Assembly (NCBI GenBank): GCA_031411755.1
Contig: JANOBS010000058.1
Location: 13,206 to 77,205, forward strand
Direction: 5' to 3'
Length of the DNA: 64,000 nt
Source of the DNA: Luteolibacter sp.
Lineage (GTDB): Bacteria > Verrucomicrobiota > Verrucomicrobiia > Verrucomicrobiales > Akkermansiaceae
Positions 18,388 through 27,142 of this stretch are shown in pieces. The position numbers and the translations under genes were made by a program. The notes beneath the pieces are model-generated. The model saw nothing but the letters and a program-made list of their open reading frames with translations. It was not told the DNA's origin and searched no databases. Numbering within the stretch: position 1 is the stretch's first letter; every line of letters begins with the position of its first letter.

Positions 18388-18870
18388 ATGAATCGAGCCG
18401 CCCGGGTGCTGTTCATCGTTTCACTCGGATGTTTCGTGGCCTTCCACTTTGGCAGCTTCTACATCCTTCGGAATCAACCGTTCCCTTCGCAAGATTTTAC
18501 AGGCTGGAATATCTGGGTCGCGCTTGTCGCCGATGTCTTCCGGCATCCGTCACGAGTCGATGCCAGGACGATGATTGCTTACAGCGGTTTTCTGACCTGT
18601 GCCCTGCTTCTGGTTTCGTCGCCGTTTTTGGTGCCGATTCTCAGGTCCTCCCGACTGGCTTGGTGGGGGTGTGTCCTGACTTCGGGAATCGCGATGATCG
18701 GTTTTGGAAGTGTGATTATTCCTCAAGGCACGGTCTCTGGCGATGTCGTGCTGGGCCCCGGATTCTATTTTCTCTTGGCGGCGATGCTTTTGAACTTCCT
18801 CGGCTTCCTCTTCATTCGGCGCGTAATCTCGCCGAATCCGGTCATTGATCCGCCGAGATGGCCGAAATAG
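18388..18870 (+). CDS. Hypothetical four-helix membrane protein
   Basis: From ORF 18304..18870; the ATG at 18388 ('MNRAARVLFIVSLGCFVAF') lies after the hairpin. Four hydrophobic segments. G+C is lower than in the flanks. I recognise no family. Confidence 0.5.
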   Translation: MNRAARVLFIVSLGCFVAFHFGSFYILRNQPFPSQDFTGWNIWVALVADVFRHPSRVDARTMIAYSGFLTCALLLVSSPFLVPILRSSRLAWWGCVLTSGIAMIGFGSVIIPQGTVSGDVVLGPGFYFLLAAMLLNFLGFLFIRRVISPNPVIDPPRWPK

Positions 18871-19035
18871 TGACCACTTGGCCGAATTTGCGGCCCTGAA
18901 ATGCTTTCAAAGGCTGAAATTTCAGGTCACTCTATCTCCAACGAAAGACGACAGCGCACTTCGGTGAGCGAAAAGCTTTCTGACATTTCCAGACGTTCGA
19001 CGCTGGCCCTTCTCTGGTGGATCCGGGGGGAGCAA
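18858..19035 (+). repeat. Copy B of the ~180-nt paralogous element
   Basis: See copy A. It starts on the last codons and stop codon of the preceding gene. Confidence 0.85.
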
Positions 19036-19079
19036 ACCAAGAAAGGCCGCCGAAAAACTGAACTGGTTCATGCGCACAC

Positions 19080-19120
19080 AAGGGCGCGAATCCCACGGGG
19101 TTCGCGCCCTTGCTTTGTTT
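19080..19120 (+). terminator. Rho-independent terminator-like hairpin after repeat copy B
   Basis: Perfect 11-bp stem 'aagggcgcgaa' / 'ttcgcgccctt' with a 10-nt loop, followed by 'gctttgttt'. Confidence 0.55.
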
Positions 19121-19129
19121 GGGTCTTTA

Positions 19130-19227
19130 GACCAGAGACCAGAGACCAGAGACCAGAATCGAGAATCCAGAATCCAGAATCGAGTGGCCAAGATTTTCTC
19201 CCAACCTCTAACCTCTAACCACCCTCA
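19130..19227. repeat. Heptanucleotide-phased tract (14 units) overlapping the sulfatase stop codon
   Basis: Reads 'gaccaga' x4, then 'atcgaga|atccaga|atccaga|atcgagt|ggccaag|attttct|cccaacc|tctaacc|tctaacc|accctca' in one register. Confidence 0.85.
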
Positions 19228-21426
19228 CTTACCTGCAGGCGCTGGCTCGTGTTTTGGGAAGCCTAGCTTGTTCAGGGTTGGCTCCAGGCCGGTCGCCCAG
19301 CGGCGGTAGCCTTCCAGGCCGGGATGCAGGAGGTCCGGCATGATCTCCTTGCTCAAGGTGCCGTCCTTTTCGAGCAGGCTGGCGTTCACATCCAGGTGAA
19401 GGATCGTTTCGCCATCGGCAAACTTGGCGATCCGCTGGTTGAGATCGTCGTTCATTTTCCGCAACTTGGCATCGGCGGTGGCCTGACGCGGGAAGACGGA
19501 AAGCAGGATGATCTTCGCGTCCGGCTTGCGGTCGCGCAGCAGGTCGAGGATGCAGCGGACGCCGCTGGCTGTCTGGGCCGGGTCGTCGCCGCGCTGGCCG
19601 GTGTTGTTGGTGCCGATCATCACGACGAAGGCCTTCGGATTGACCTTTTCCAGTTCACCGTTGAGCAAGCGCCAGAGCACGTGCTCGGTGCGGTCGGCGG
19701 AAAAGCCGAGATTGAGGGCCTTCCTGTTGCCATAAAACTCGTCCCACACCGGTTTGCCGCCCTCCTCCCAGCCCTGGGTGATGGAGTCGCCAATGAACAC
19801 GAGGTCATGATCCCCTTGTGCGGCATTCTTTTTGGCCTCCAGGTGGCGAGCCTTCCACCAGTCCTCCTTGAGCTTGTCGACGGGCACGGTGGCCTCGTTG
19901 ATGCGATACTCGGTCTTGAGCTCTTCGTAACGCTTCTTGAGTCCTTCAAGAATGGTCGCGTAAGCCGGATCGGCGTGGACCGACTTCATTTCCTGTGGGT
20001 CCTTTTCGAGGTCGAAGAGGTTCCATTCCTTCGTGCCGGGGAAATGCATCAGCTTGAGCTTGTCGGTGCGGATGCCGTCATGGGCGGCCACCGAGTGGGT
20101 GCCCTCGCCACTGTAGAAATAGTAGATGGCATCCCGCCAGCCGGACGGAGTTTCATTTCCCGACTTGAGCAAGGGGACCAGGCTGCGCCCTTGGATCTCC
20201 TTCGGCACCGGCACGCCGGCCATTTCCAGGAAGGTCGGCGCATAGTCGATGTTCTGGATCAGCGAAGCATTGCTGGAGCCGGGCTTGACCACGCCGGGCC
20301 AGCGGATGAGGAAGGGCATGGCGAGTGATTCCTCGAACATCCAGCGCTTGTCATACCAGCCGTGCTCGCCGAGGTAGAATCCCTGGTCGGCGGAGTACAT
20401 GACGATCGTGTTCTTCGCGAGCCCGCTTTTCTCAAGGTAGTCGAGCATGCGGCCGACGTTCTCATCGACGGCGCGGACGCAGCGCAGGTAGTCCTTCAGG
20501 TAGCGCTGGGCCTTCCAGCGGGTGATGTCCTGATCACTGAGCTTGCCCGCGCGCATCGACTCGATGAAGGCCTGGTTCGGTGGCTCATAGGCGGCGTCCC
20601 AGGCGGCCTTCTCTTCCGGGGACATGCGCTCGTATTCGTTGTTCCTGCCCTCGTTGGTGAAGTAGGCGGGAAACGGGTTCTCGCCCTTGAACTTCATGTC
20701 GTTGCCCCAGGAGAAGTTTTTCGCGATCTGCATCTGCTGCTTCTTCAGCGTCTCGCTTCGGTTGGCGTAATCGTCGAAGAGGTTTGCGGGTTCCGGAAAA
20801 GTGACATCGTCGAACAGCTTGAGATGCCGTTGGGCGGGGGCCCAGTTGCGGTGCGGTGCCTTGTGCTGGCACATCAGGACAAAGGGCTTCGACTTGTCGC
20901 GGCCCTTTTCCAGCCAGGAGATCGCCTTGTCGGTGATTAGGTCGGTGATGTAGCCCTTCTCGCTTTTCATTCCCGCCGCAGTGATGAACTGCGGGTTGTA
21001 ATATTGGCCCTGGCCGGGGAGGATTTCCCAATAGTCAAAACCGGTGGGCGCGGTGACCAGGTGCCACTTGCCGACGACGGCTGTCTGGTAGCCGGCCTTC
21101 TGGAGCAGCTTGGGAAAGGTGGTCTGCGTGCCATCGAAGCGGCACTGGTCATTGTCGACAAAGCCGTTGATGGCGGAGTGCTTGCCGGTAAGGACCGCCG
21201 CGCGTGATGGACCGCAGATGGAGTTGCAGCAAAACGAACGTGTGAAAATCGCGCCTTCCTTGGAGATCCGGTCGATGTTCGGAGTGGGGGCGACGTCCTT
21301 GAGTGGTCCACCATAGGCGGAAATGGCATTCAGCGCATGATCGTCGGAGAACAAAAATACGATGTTTGGTCGCTCGGCTGCCGCCGCTCCCAGCATCATT
21401 CCTATCGAAAACAAAATGGCACGCAT
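19225..21426 (-). CDS. Sulfatase (N-terminal) fused to an SGNH/GDSL esterase domain (C-terminal)
   Basis: From ORF 19225..21447; the start may be 21426 ('MRAILFSIGMMLGAAAA') or 21447. The FGly motif is 'CGPSRAAVLTG'. The C-terminal ~210 aa has 'DLVFIGDSITQGW', 'GTNN' and 'DLLHP' (SGNH blocks I, III and V). Confidence 0.8.
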   Translation of the reverse strand: MRAILFSIGMMLGAAAAERPNIVFLFSDDHALNAISAYGGPLKDVAPTPNIDRISKEGAIFTRSFCCNSICGPSRAAVLTGKHSAINGFVDNDQCRFDGTQTTFPKLLQKAGYQTAVVGKWHLVTAPTGFDYWEILPGQGQYYNPQFITAAGMKSEKGYITDLITDKAISWLEKGRDKSKPFVLMCQHKAPHRNWAPAQRHLKLFDDVTFPEPANLFDDYANRSETLKKQQMQIAKNFSWGNDMKFKGENPFPAYFTNEGRNNEYERMSPEEKAAWDAAYEPPNQAFIESMRAGKLSDQDITRWKAQRYLKDYLRCVRAVDENVGRMLDYLEKSGLAKNTIVMYSADQGFYLGEHGWYDKRWMFEESLAMPFLIRWPGVVKPGSSNASLIQNIDYAPTFLEMAGVPVPKEIQGRSLVPLLKSGNETPSGWRDAIYYFYSGEGTHSVAAHDGIRTDKLKLMHFPGTKEWNLFDLEKDPQEMKSVHADPAYATILEGLKKRYEELKTEYRINEATVPVDKLKEDWWKARHLEAKKNAAQGDHDLVFIGDSITQGWEEGGKPVWDEFYGNRKALNLGFSADRTEHVLWRLLNGELEKVNPKAFVVMIGTNNTGQRGDDPAQTASGVRCILDLLRDRKPDAKIILLSVFPRQATADAKLRKMNDDLNQRIAKFADGETILHLDVNASLLEKDGTLSKEIMPDLLHPGLEGYRRWATGLEPTLNKLGFPKHEPAPAGK

Positions 21427-21519
21427 CGCGGGACCATACGTTCTCAAGGCGCCGGTCTTGCAGGCGTGGGAGGATCAGATGAATCCGGCCTTTCCGCCAC
21501 TGACCCCGATGGTGGGCCG

Positions 21520-22959
21520 CTAGAGCTGGTCGGCGATGCTTTCCACGATGCGTCCCAGCAGGGTTTCGGTTTCCTTGATCTGGAGACGACGGGATTGTTT
21601 GAAGTCCGGAAGGAATACCGAATTTTCCACAGCCTTGATGGCGGAGGGTTCGTTGAACGAAAGGTTGAGCTCACGGTTGATCCGCATGCTCAGGGTGTCG
21701 AGATTCGCAGAGCCGAGCGTCCCCCATCCATCGCACAGCATCACCTTCATGTGGGTCATTTTTGGATATCGGAAGACCTTCACCCCATTCGCGATCAGGC
21801 TTCCTGCGGTCTCTAGATTTCCTGCATCCATGATGGGGGAATCGCCGCTGGCAGGGAGGATCACGCGGACGTCCACTCCCCGGCGTGCGGCGGAAATGAG
21901 CGCGTCCTTGATGTCGTCGGCGGCGAAATAGGGGTTCTCCACCCAGATGCGCTTCCGACTGGCCTGGATGGCAAGCTTGATGGCGTCCAGGACATCGTAG
22001 CGCCCTTCGGATGGATCGGTGCGCAGCAGTCGCAGATGTGGACCAGACCCATGATTTTCAAGTGAGGACCGGACCGGTTTGCGGAAGAGTGCGAAGTCTC
22101 CCCACGGTCCGGCCTTTCGCCACGCCCGGTTGAACTCCCGGTCCAGGGATCGAACAATCGGCCCGTCCACCCGTGCCATCAGGTCGTGCCATTCGGATCG
22201 GTATTCCCGCCCGAGGTTCATTCCGCCGAGGTAGGCGCGTTCCTCATCGAAGGTGATCAGCTTCGTGTGATCGGAAACCAACCACGGATTGAGCGTTCGG
22301 CGAACCTTCACTTTTGATCCATCGCGCAGGTAGTCCTCGATGTCTCCGGGGGGGGCGAAGCCAGCCGGCCCGGGCGTCGAAGGCGCGGCAGCGTGGGAAA
22401 ATGTGGTGCCCATGTCATCGAAGAGCACGTGGGCGGATAGGCGGGTCGCGCGGCTTTTGAGCAGATCAGCGCAGTGGACTCCAACATCGTCGTTGTCGAA
22501 AATATAGACCTGCACGTTGATCGACTTCTTCGCCCTTAGTACCTCACGCTCGAAGTCTGGAAAGAATGTCTGGCCATCAACCCGCAGAGAGAGGGTTCCG
22601 AGTTCGGCGGGGCGGATGTTCTGGCGATCCAGCAGTTGCTCAAATTCCGGGGTGCCGGGGATTTCGGCAAGCGGCTGGCTTTGGAGATCCGGGGTGGGGA
22701 GATTCGAACGGAGGACTTCACTGGAGCGTTGATAAAGCAGCGTGAAGCCCACCTTGGTGGTGGTGACCGGCTGCCGGATGGTGGCGAGGACCGTGGAACG
22801 GAAAGCCGTGAGGGCGATGCCACGCGTGCTGCTCAACGGATCGCTGGTTTGTGGCAAGCGTTCGCTCGAGCGTTGGGCGTTACGCTGGAAACTGCCGCAA
22901 GACCCCAGCACGGGGACTGAAAGCATCGCTATGGCAAACACCCGGAAGCTCTTTTCCAT
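21520..22959 (-). CDS. Phospholipase D / cardiolipin-synthase-like lipoprotein (two HKD motifs)
   Basis: Lipobox 'VLGSC'. HKD motifs are 'HTKLITFD' and 'HMKVMLCD...GSANLD'. Confidence 0.8.
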   Translation of the reverse strand: MEKSFRVFAIAMLSVPVLGSCGSFQRNAQRSSERLPQTSDPLSSTRGIALTAFRSTVLATIRQPVTTTKVGFTLLYQRSSEVLRSNLPTPDLQSQPLAEIPGTPEFEQLLDRQNIRPAELGTLSLRVDGQTFFPDFEREVLRAKKSINVQVYIFDNDDVGVHCADLLKSRATRLSAHVLFDDMGTTFSHAAAPSTPGPAGFAPPGDIEDYLRDGSKVKVRRTLNPWLVSDHTKLITFDEERAYLGGMNLGREYRSEWHDLMARVDGPIVRSLDREFNRAWRKAGPWGDFALFRKPVRSSLENHGSGPHLRLLRTDPSEGRYDVLDAIKLAIQASRKRIWVENPYFAADDIKDALISAARRGVDVRVILPASGDSPIMDAGNLETAGSLIANGVKVFRYPKMTHMKVMLCDGWGTLGSANLDTLSMRINRELNLSFNEPSAIKAVENSVFLPDFKQSRRLQIKETETLLGRIVESIADQL

Positions 22960-23044
22960 GGGAGAATCCTGCTGGAGTTGTGGCTTGTTGGCAAGTGACG
23001 ACGGAAGGCTTGCACGAGGCCAGTCGGCTGGTTAAGCCACTGCC

Positions 23045-23350
23045 ATGGACCACCACGTTTATTTCTGGCTGAAGGACGAGCACAAGAACGATGCCGATCG
23101 CAAGGCCTTCGAAGGCGGACTCGCGATGCTGTTGACCCTACCCGGCATCGTCAGCGGCTTCTGGGGCACCCCCGCGCCGGTGATGCCGCGTCCGGTGATT
23201 GATCAGTCATGGGACTATGCGCTTTCGATGAAATTCGAATCCATCGAGCTGCAGGACGCCTATCAGGTCGATCCGGATCACAACGTCTTCATTGATACGT
23301 TCAAGGAAACCTGGGCGAAGGTTCTGGTGATGGACGTGCAGCCTCACTGA
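23045..23350 (+). CDS. Dabb (stress-responsive alpha/beta-barrel) family protein
   Basis: 101 aa, 'MDHHVYFWLKDE...' with 'ALSMKFESIELQDAYQVDPDH'. Confidence 0.7.
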   Translation: MDHHVYFWLKDEHKNDADRKAFEGGLAMLLTLPGIVSGFWGTPAPVMPRPVIDQSWDYALSMKFESIELQDAYQVDPDHNVFIDTFKETWAKVLVMDVQPH

Positions 23351-23354
23351 GCCG

Positions 23355-24260
23355 TTATGATCGGAAGGGCAGGTCGCGGGAAACCTCGCGACCGTGTCCT
23401 GTGATGATCAGGCGGTCGTCATGCACGGCGACCGTCGACCAGGCGTTCTTGTCCGGCTGATGAAGGATTGAGCAGAAGGTGACGCAGTGCAGGCCCTCAT
23501 GGATGGCATAGGCGCCCGCATGGTTGTGGCCGTTGAGCCAGGCCTTCACACAGGGGAATTTGAGCAGAAGCTCCAGGACTGGCTGGGGATTCCACATCTG
23601 TTCGCCGGCGGCCGGCAGGAGCGGGTGATGGCCGCAGACCAGGACGATTTCTCCCGTTGCAGTGGCGGCCCTCAGCTCCCGATCCATCCAGGCGAGCTGC
23701 GTGTCGTCGATCCCTCCGTTCCAAGGTTGGGCACCGGGTTGCTTGTCTTGCTTGAACCGTTCGAGACTGGCTCTTCCCATCAGGTTTCCGGGGCTGCCTG
23801 AGGGATGCTTGTAAACCGACAGCGCGTTGGTATCGAGCATCAGGAAGCGCACCCCGTTTTTACGAAAAGTGTAGTAGTCGTGGGGCATGTCCAGTGTCTG
23901 CACCACGCGGGATTTCTCGGCATCGGTGAGATCGTAGTCGTGGTTTCCGAGAAGATGGAAGATCGGATGGCCGAGCGGCTCCAGCAGCGGCAGCAACGTC
24001 GCGAACGACTTGAAATCGTGATCGATGAAATCGCCGAGATGCAGGGTGAATGGAAGCTTCTGGCTCGCGAGATCCGAGACAGCTGTCTTGAGCTTTTCCG
24101 GAGTGGCGCGGTAGTGGCGTTCGCCCTTCGGCTCGGCGTCCGCATACTGGGCGTCCGTAATCAGACCAAACCTGAGCAGGGCTCCTTCATCCGAGCCTTC
24201 GGCAGCGGTCAATGCGGCGGGGAGCGCAAGCGTGGTGGCCAGAAAATTTCGGCGATTCAT
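23355..24260 (-). CDS. Tat-exported calcineurin-like metallophosphoesterase
   Basis: Twin-arginine leader 'MNRRNFLATTLALPAAL'. Motifs 'GDFIDH', 'GNHD', 'GHHP' and 'GHNH'. Confidence 0.8.
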   Translation of the reverse strand: MNRRNFLATTLALPAALTAAEGSDEGALLRFGLITDAQYADAEPKGERHYRATPEKLKTAVSDLASQKLPFTLHLGDFIDHDFKSFATLLPLLEPLGHPIFHLLGNHDYDLTDAEKSRVVQTLDMPHDYYTFRKNGVRFLMLDTNALSVYKHPSGSPGNLMGRASLERFKQDKQPGAQPWNGGIDDTQLAWMDRELRAATATGEIVLVCGHHPLLPAAGEQMWNPQPVLELLLKFPCVKAWLNGHNHAGAYAIHEGLHCVTFCSILHQPDKNAWSTVAVHDDRLIITGHGREVSRDLPFRS

Positions 24261-24306
24261 TCCGCCATATGCCGCCTGATCGGATCCGGAATCAAGGACC
24301 GACCGC

Positions 24307-26160
24307 TCAAGGGTGAAATGGCCACACCACTGGGATGATGAGGCAGGCGACGATCCAGCAGATGATGTTCAATGGAATGCCGACCCGCAGGAAGTCGCTG
24401 AACCGGTAACCGCCGGGTCCATAGACCATCATGTGCGTCTGGTAGCCCATCGGCAGCGCGAAAGCGGTGGACGAGGCCACGGTGACTGCCATCACAAAGG
24501 GCCAGGGGCTGACTCCGAGCTTGATCGAAAGGGTCGCCACAATCGGCACCATCATGGCGGCGGTGGCGTTGTTCGAAAGGATTTCGGTGAGGAGCAGTGT
24601 CAGTAGGTAGGTCACCCACAGCAGCGTGATCGGAAGCATGGCGGGTGACACAATGCCTTGAGCGATGTTGACGAGGTTGTTGGCCAGCCATTGCGCCGTG
24701 CCGGTGTTTTGCATGGCCATGCCAAGTCCCAGCAGGCCATAGAGCATGAGCAGCACCTGCCAGTCGATGCTCGCGTAGGCCTCGCGCGGGGTAACGATCT
24801 TCATCCACAGCAAGGACAATGCGCCGACCAGCGCTGCGTAGTGGATGGGAATCGGGGGCAGCCAGGGAAGAACACCGCCCTTGCCTCCCAGCGTGTCGCT
24901 GAGCGTGGCCACCAGTACCACGCTGATCAGCACTGCCCACGAAAGCCAGACATGGTGCACCGGCTTGTGGGGCGGGGCTTCCGTTCCATCAGGGGAATCC
25001 TCGGGGGAGTCGGTCAGGATGAAATCCTTCGTTGCCTCCAGGTCATCGAGGTTGTTGTGCGCGGTGATCACCAGCAAGGTGTCGCCGATTTCCAGGGGAA
25101 TGTCCGAAAGCTGACTCGTGATGTTCACTCCGTTGCGGTGCACGGCAAGCACCACGCAGTTGTAGCGCTGGCGGAAATCCGAGTTGGCCAGCGTCACGCC
25201 GGAGAGTGAGGACTCATCACGGATGACCAGTTCGGTCACGATGCCATCGATCTTCGAAAGCAGCTGTACGCCCATCTCGGTGAAGAGATCGTCTGGTTTC
25301 GCGATCTTCCCCTTCCGACTGTGCAGGGCGACGAGAAAGCGGTCGTTCTTCTCCACCGTCAGCGTCTTCAACGAGCGCATTACCCGTGTGCCGTTGCGGC
25401 GCACCTCCATGATGTGGATGCCGTTGCTGCGATCGAAAAGGGGCGTTTCAGTGATCGGCCTGCCGACCATCAAAGAGGACTCTCCGACAAGCAGATGATA
25501 GAGTGGTGTCGTGCGCTGGTTGATCTCCAGGCTGCCGGAAATCGAGCTGCGTGAGGGGATCAGGCGAGGGCCGAAAATTGTCAGGTAGGCAATGCCCGCG
25601 ATCGCCAGAGGGATGCCGACTGGAGCCAACTGGAACATGCTCATCGGCGTCATCTTCAAATCCTTCAGCACGCCGTTCACCACCAGGTTCGTGGAGGTGC
25701 CGATCAACGTGCAGCACCCACCCAGAATCGAGCAGTAGGAAAGTGGCATCAGCAGCCGCGAGGCGGCGATGTCACGGGAACGGGCGAACCCCAGCGTCAC
25801 CGGCAGCAGGATCGCCACGATCGCCGTGTTGTTCATCCAGGCGCTGAAAAACGCAGTAAGCAGCGAAAAGCCGAGAATCGCCAGGCGCGTGCTGCTCGGC
25901 AACCGGTCGCGGAGGAAGCGCCCGATGTGATCCACCGCGCCGGAATTTTCCAAAGCCCCCCCGATCACGAACAAGGCCGCGATGGTCAGCGGGGCCTCGT
26001 TCTTGAAGACGTTGGTCATCTCCGAAGGGCCGACCAACCCAAGCGCAACGACGGCGCAGAGAACGGTCAGCGCGATCACGTCCGGGGCCGCCCACTCCTT
26101 GATGAAGGCGATGAGGGTAAGGACGATGACCGCAAGGGTAAGGGCGATCGGCAGGGTCAT
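24307..26160 (-). CDS. SLC13/DASS-family anion permease with two central TrkA-C (RCK-C) domains
   Basis: From ORF 24307..26244; start at ATG 26160 ('MTLPIALTLAVIVLTLIAF'). Membrane repeats lie at the N- and C-termini, with a soluble ~180-aa insert ('HLLVGESSLMVGRPITE...', 'ELVIRDESSLSGVTLANSDF'). Confidence 0.85.
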   Translation of the reverse strand: MTLPIALTLAVIVLTLIAFIKEWAAPDVIALTVLCAVVALGLVGPSEMTNVFKNEAPLTIAALFVIGGALENSGAVDHIGRFLRDRLPSSTRLAILGFSLLTAFFSAWMNNTAIVAILLPVTLGFARSRDIAASRLLMPLSYCSILGGCCTLIGTSTNLVVNGVLKDLKMTPMSMFQLAPVGIPLAIAGIAYLTIFGPRLIPSRSSISGSLEINQRTTPLYHLLVGESSLMVGRPITETPLFDRSNGIHIMEVRRNGTRVMRSLKTLTVEKNDRFLVALHSRKGKIAKPDDLFTEMGVQLLSKIDGIVTELVIRDESSLSGVTLANSDFRQRYNCVVLAVHRNGVNITSQLSDIPLEIGDTLLVITAHNNLDDLEATKDFILTDSPEDSPDGTEAPPHKPVHHVWLSWAVLISVVLVATLSDTLGGKGGVLPWLPPIPIHYAALVGALSLLWMKIVTPREAYASIDWQVLLMLYGLLGLGMAMQNTGTAQWLANNLVNIAQGIVSPAMLPITLLWVTYLLTLLLTEILSNNATAAMMVPIVATLSIKLGVSPWPFVMAVTVASSTAFALPMGYQTHMMVYGPGGYRFSDFLRVGIPLNIICWIVACLIIPVVWPFHP

Positions 26161-26282
26161 GGCGGGTTTGCTCCCCTGTGCGGGGCAACGTCGCTTCCAT
26201 GAACCGATGGCTGGACCTTGGCAAGTCCCGGCTGTCGCGGGCATTCCGAATCAGCAGGGATCTTCCACCTCGATCAGATGGA

Positions 26283-26666
26283 TGTGAACAACTTTGGAAT
26301 AATCTCCATTGCCAGTTGGCACGACTCCCTCCGCTCAAGCAGTTGCGGCTCGCTCACTGGTAAGTCTCTCCAGACGAAGGGTGGTTTCTAACTTCGATTT
26401 CCAACACTTGTTCACGTGAGGATTCGTCGAAGTGTCGTGGTGTATCATTGTAACTTATTGATCATGAGGAATTTGAAATGTTACGAAAGTGTTACCGCCA
26501 CTTCCTCACAAGTTATTCACAACGATTGGCTGCCTTCGAAGTGGTTCGTTGGCGCATTGTGAATTGCCCGTAAATTGAGGCGTTCCACACGTTGCGTGAC
26601 AACTTACTTCGGATTTCCTGTGTGAATAACTTGTGTGAAATCTTCAATGAAAGGGTTTCATTGAAG
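26283..26666. promoter_or_regulatory. AT-rich leader or regulatory region upstream of the SLC13 permease, with TGTGAA words and a perfect 15-nt long-range inverted repeat
   Basis: TGTGAA(N) words lie at 26283, 26409 (reverse), 26507-26521, 26557 and 26621-26640. 'cacaagttattcaca' (26507-26521) is the exact reverse complement of 26621-26635, 99 nt away. A perfect 11-bp hairpin 'cttcaatgaaa-ggg-tttcattgaag' lies at 26642-26666. Confidence 0.4.
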
Positions 26667-26715
26667 CGTCCGTGCGCCAAATGGTCCCAGATTTTTCGGC
26701 TGCTTTCCAAGCTTC

Positions 26716-27105
26716 TCAGGCCTTTGGATCAGGGAGGATCTCCGCGAGTTCGAAGTCGATCAGGCAGAAGCGTCCGAGCTGGGGAGAGTAGGTGACGTTT
26801 CGCGGCTCGGCATCGAGATGGCGTACGCCATAGTCGCGCTCAAGATTGGCGAATAGTTCATCAGACTTGGCCTTGGAAATCTGGGTGGCGGATTGTCCGC
26901 AGTTGCTGGAGACGAAGTAGTTTTCCTCGGGATGCTCCTCCAGCAGCCTCGGAACGTAGGGGCAGCCGCGCTTTTCGAGCACCTTCAGGACCTCGATCTC
27001 GGTGGCGTAGCGCTCGGCGGATCCTGTGCCACGGAAACGCTTGTGGACACGGCCGCCGAAGTCGATGCGGACGAGTGAGCGGATGCCGTCCTTGAGTTCC
27101 TTCAT
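26716..27105 (-). CDS. 129-aa minimal protein-kinase-like protein (N-lobe plus catalytic loop only)
   Basis: 'GRVHKRF' (VAIK-like Lys), 'EIEVLKVL' (alpha-C Glu), 'HLDAEPRNV' (HxDxxxxN catalytic loop) and 'IDFE' (DFG-like). The protein ends 10 aa later. It lies 37 nt downstream of mgtE. Confidence 0.5.
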   Translation of the reverse strand: MKELKDGIRSLVRIDFGGRVHKRFRGTGSAERYATEIEVLKVLEKRGCPYVPRLLEEHPEENYFVSSNCGQSATQISKAKSDELFANLERDYGVRHLDAEPRNVTYSPQLGRFCLIDFELAEILPDPKA

Positions 27106-27142
27106 GGTGGTAAGTTTAACGCAGGAGGGGAGGGCTGCCCGA

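Noticed and set aside
18044-19120. Integron-type gene cassette or attL/attR of an integrated element around the 18388..18870 gene
   Set aside because: There is no integrase or recombinase in the window, and I could see no attC-like R/L core sites. The enclosed segment is only about 0.6 kb. Each repeat has its own non-homologous terminator, which fits paralogous RNA elements better. The idea is not fully excluded.
19130-19227. Could the short tandem tracts (also 16139, 31521, 49922, 51628) be CRISPR arrays or coding repeats?
   Set aside because: The period is 7 nt with no spacer-sized unique segments. There are no cas genes. A 7-nt period is incompatible with a reading frame.
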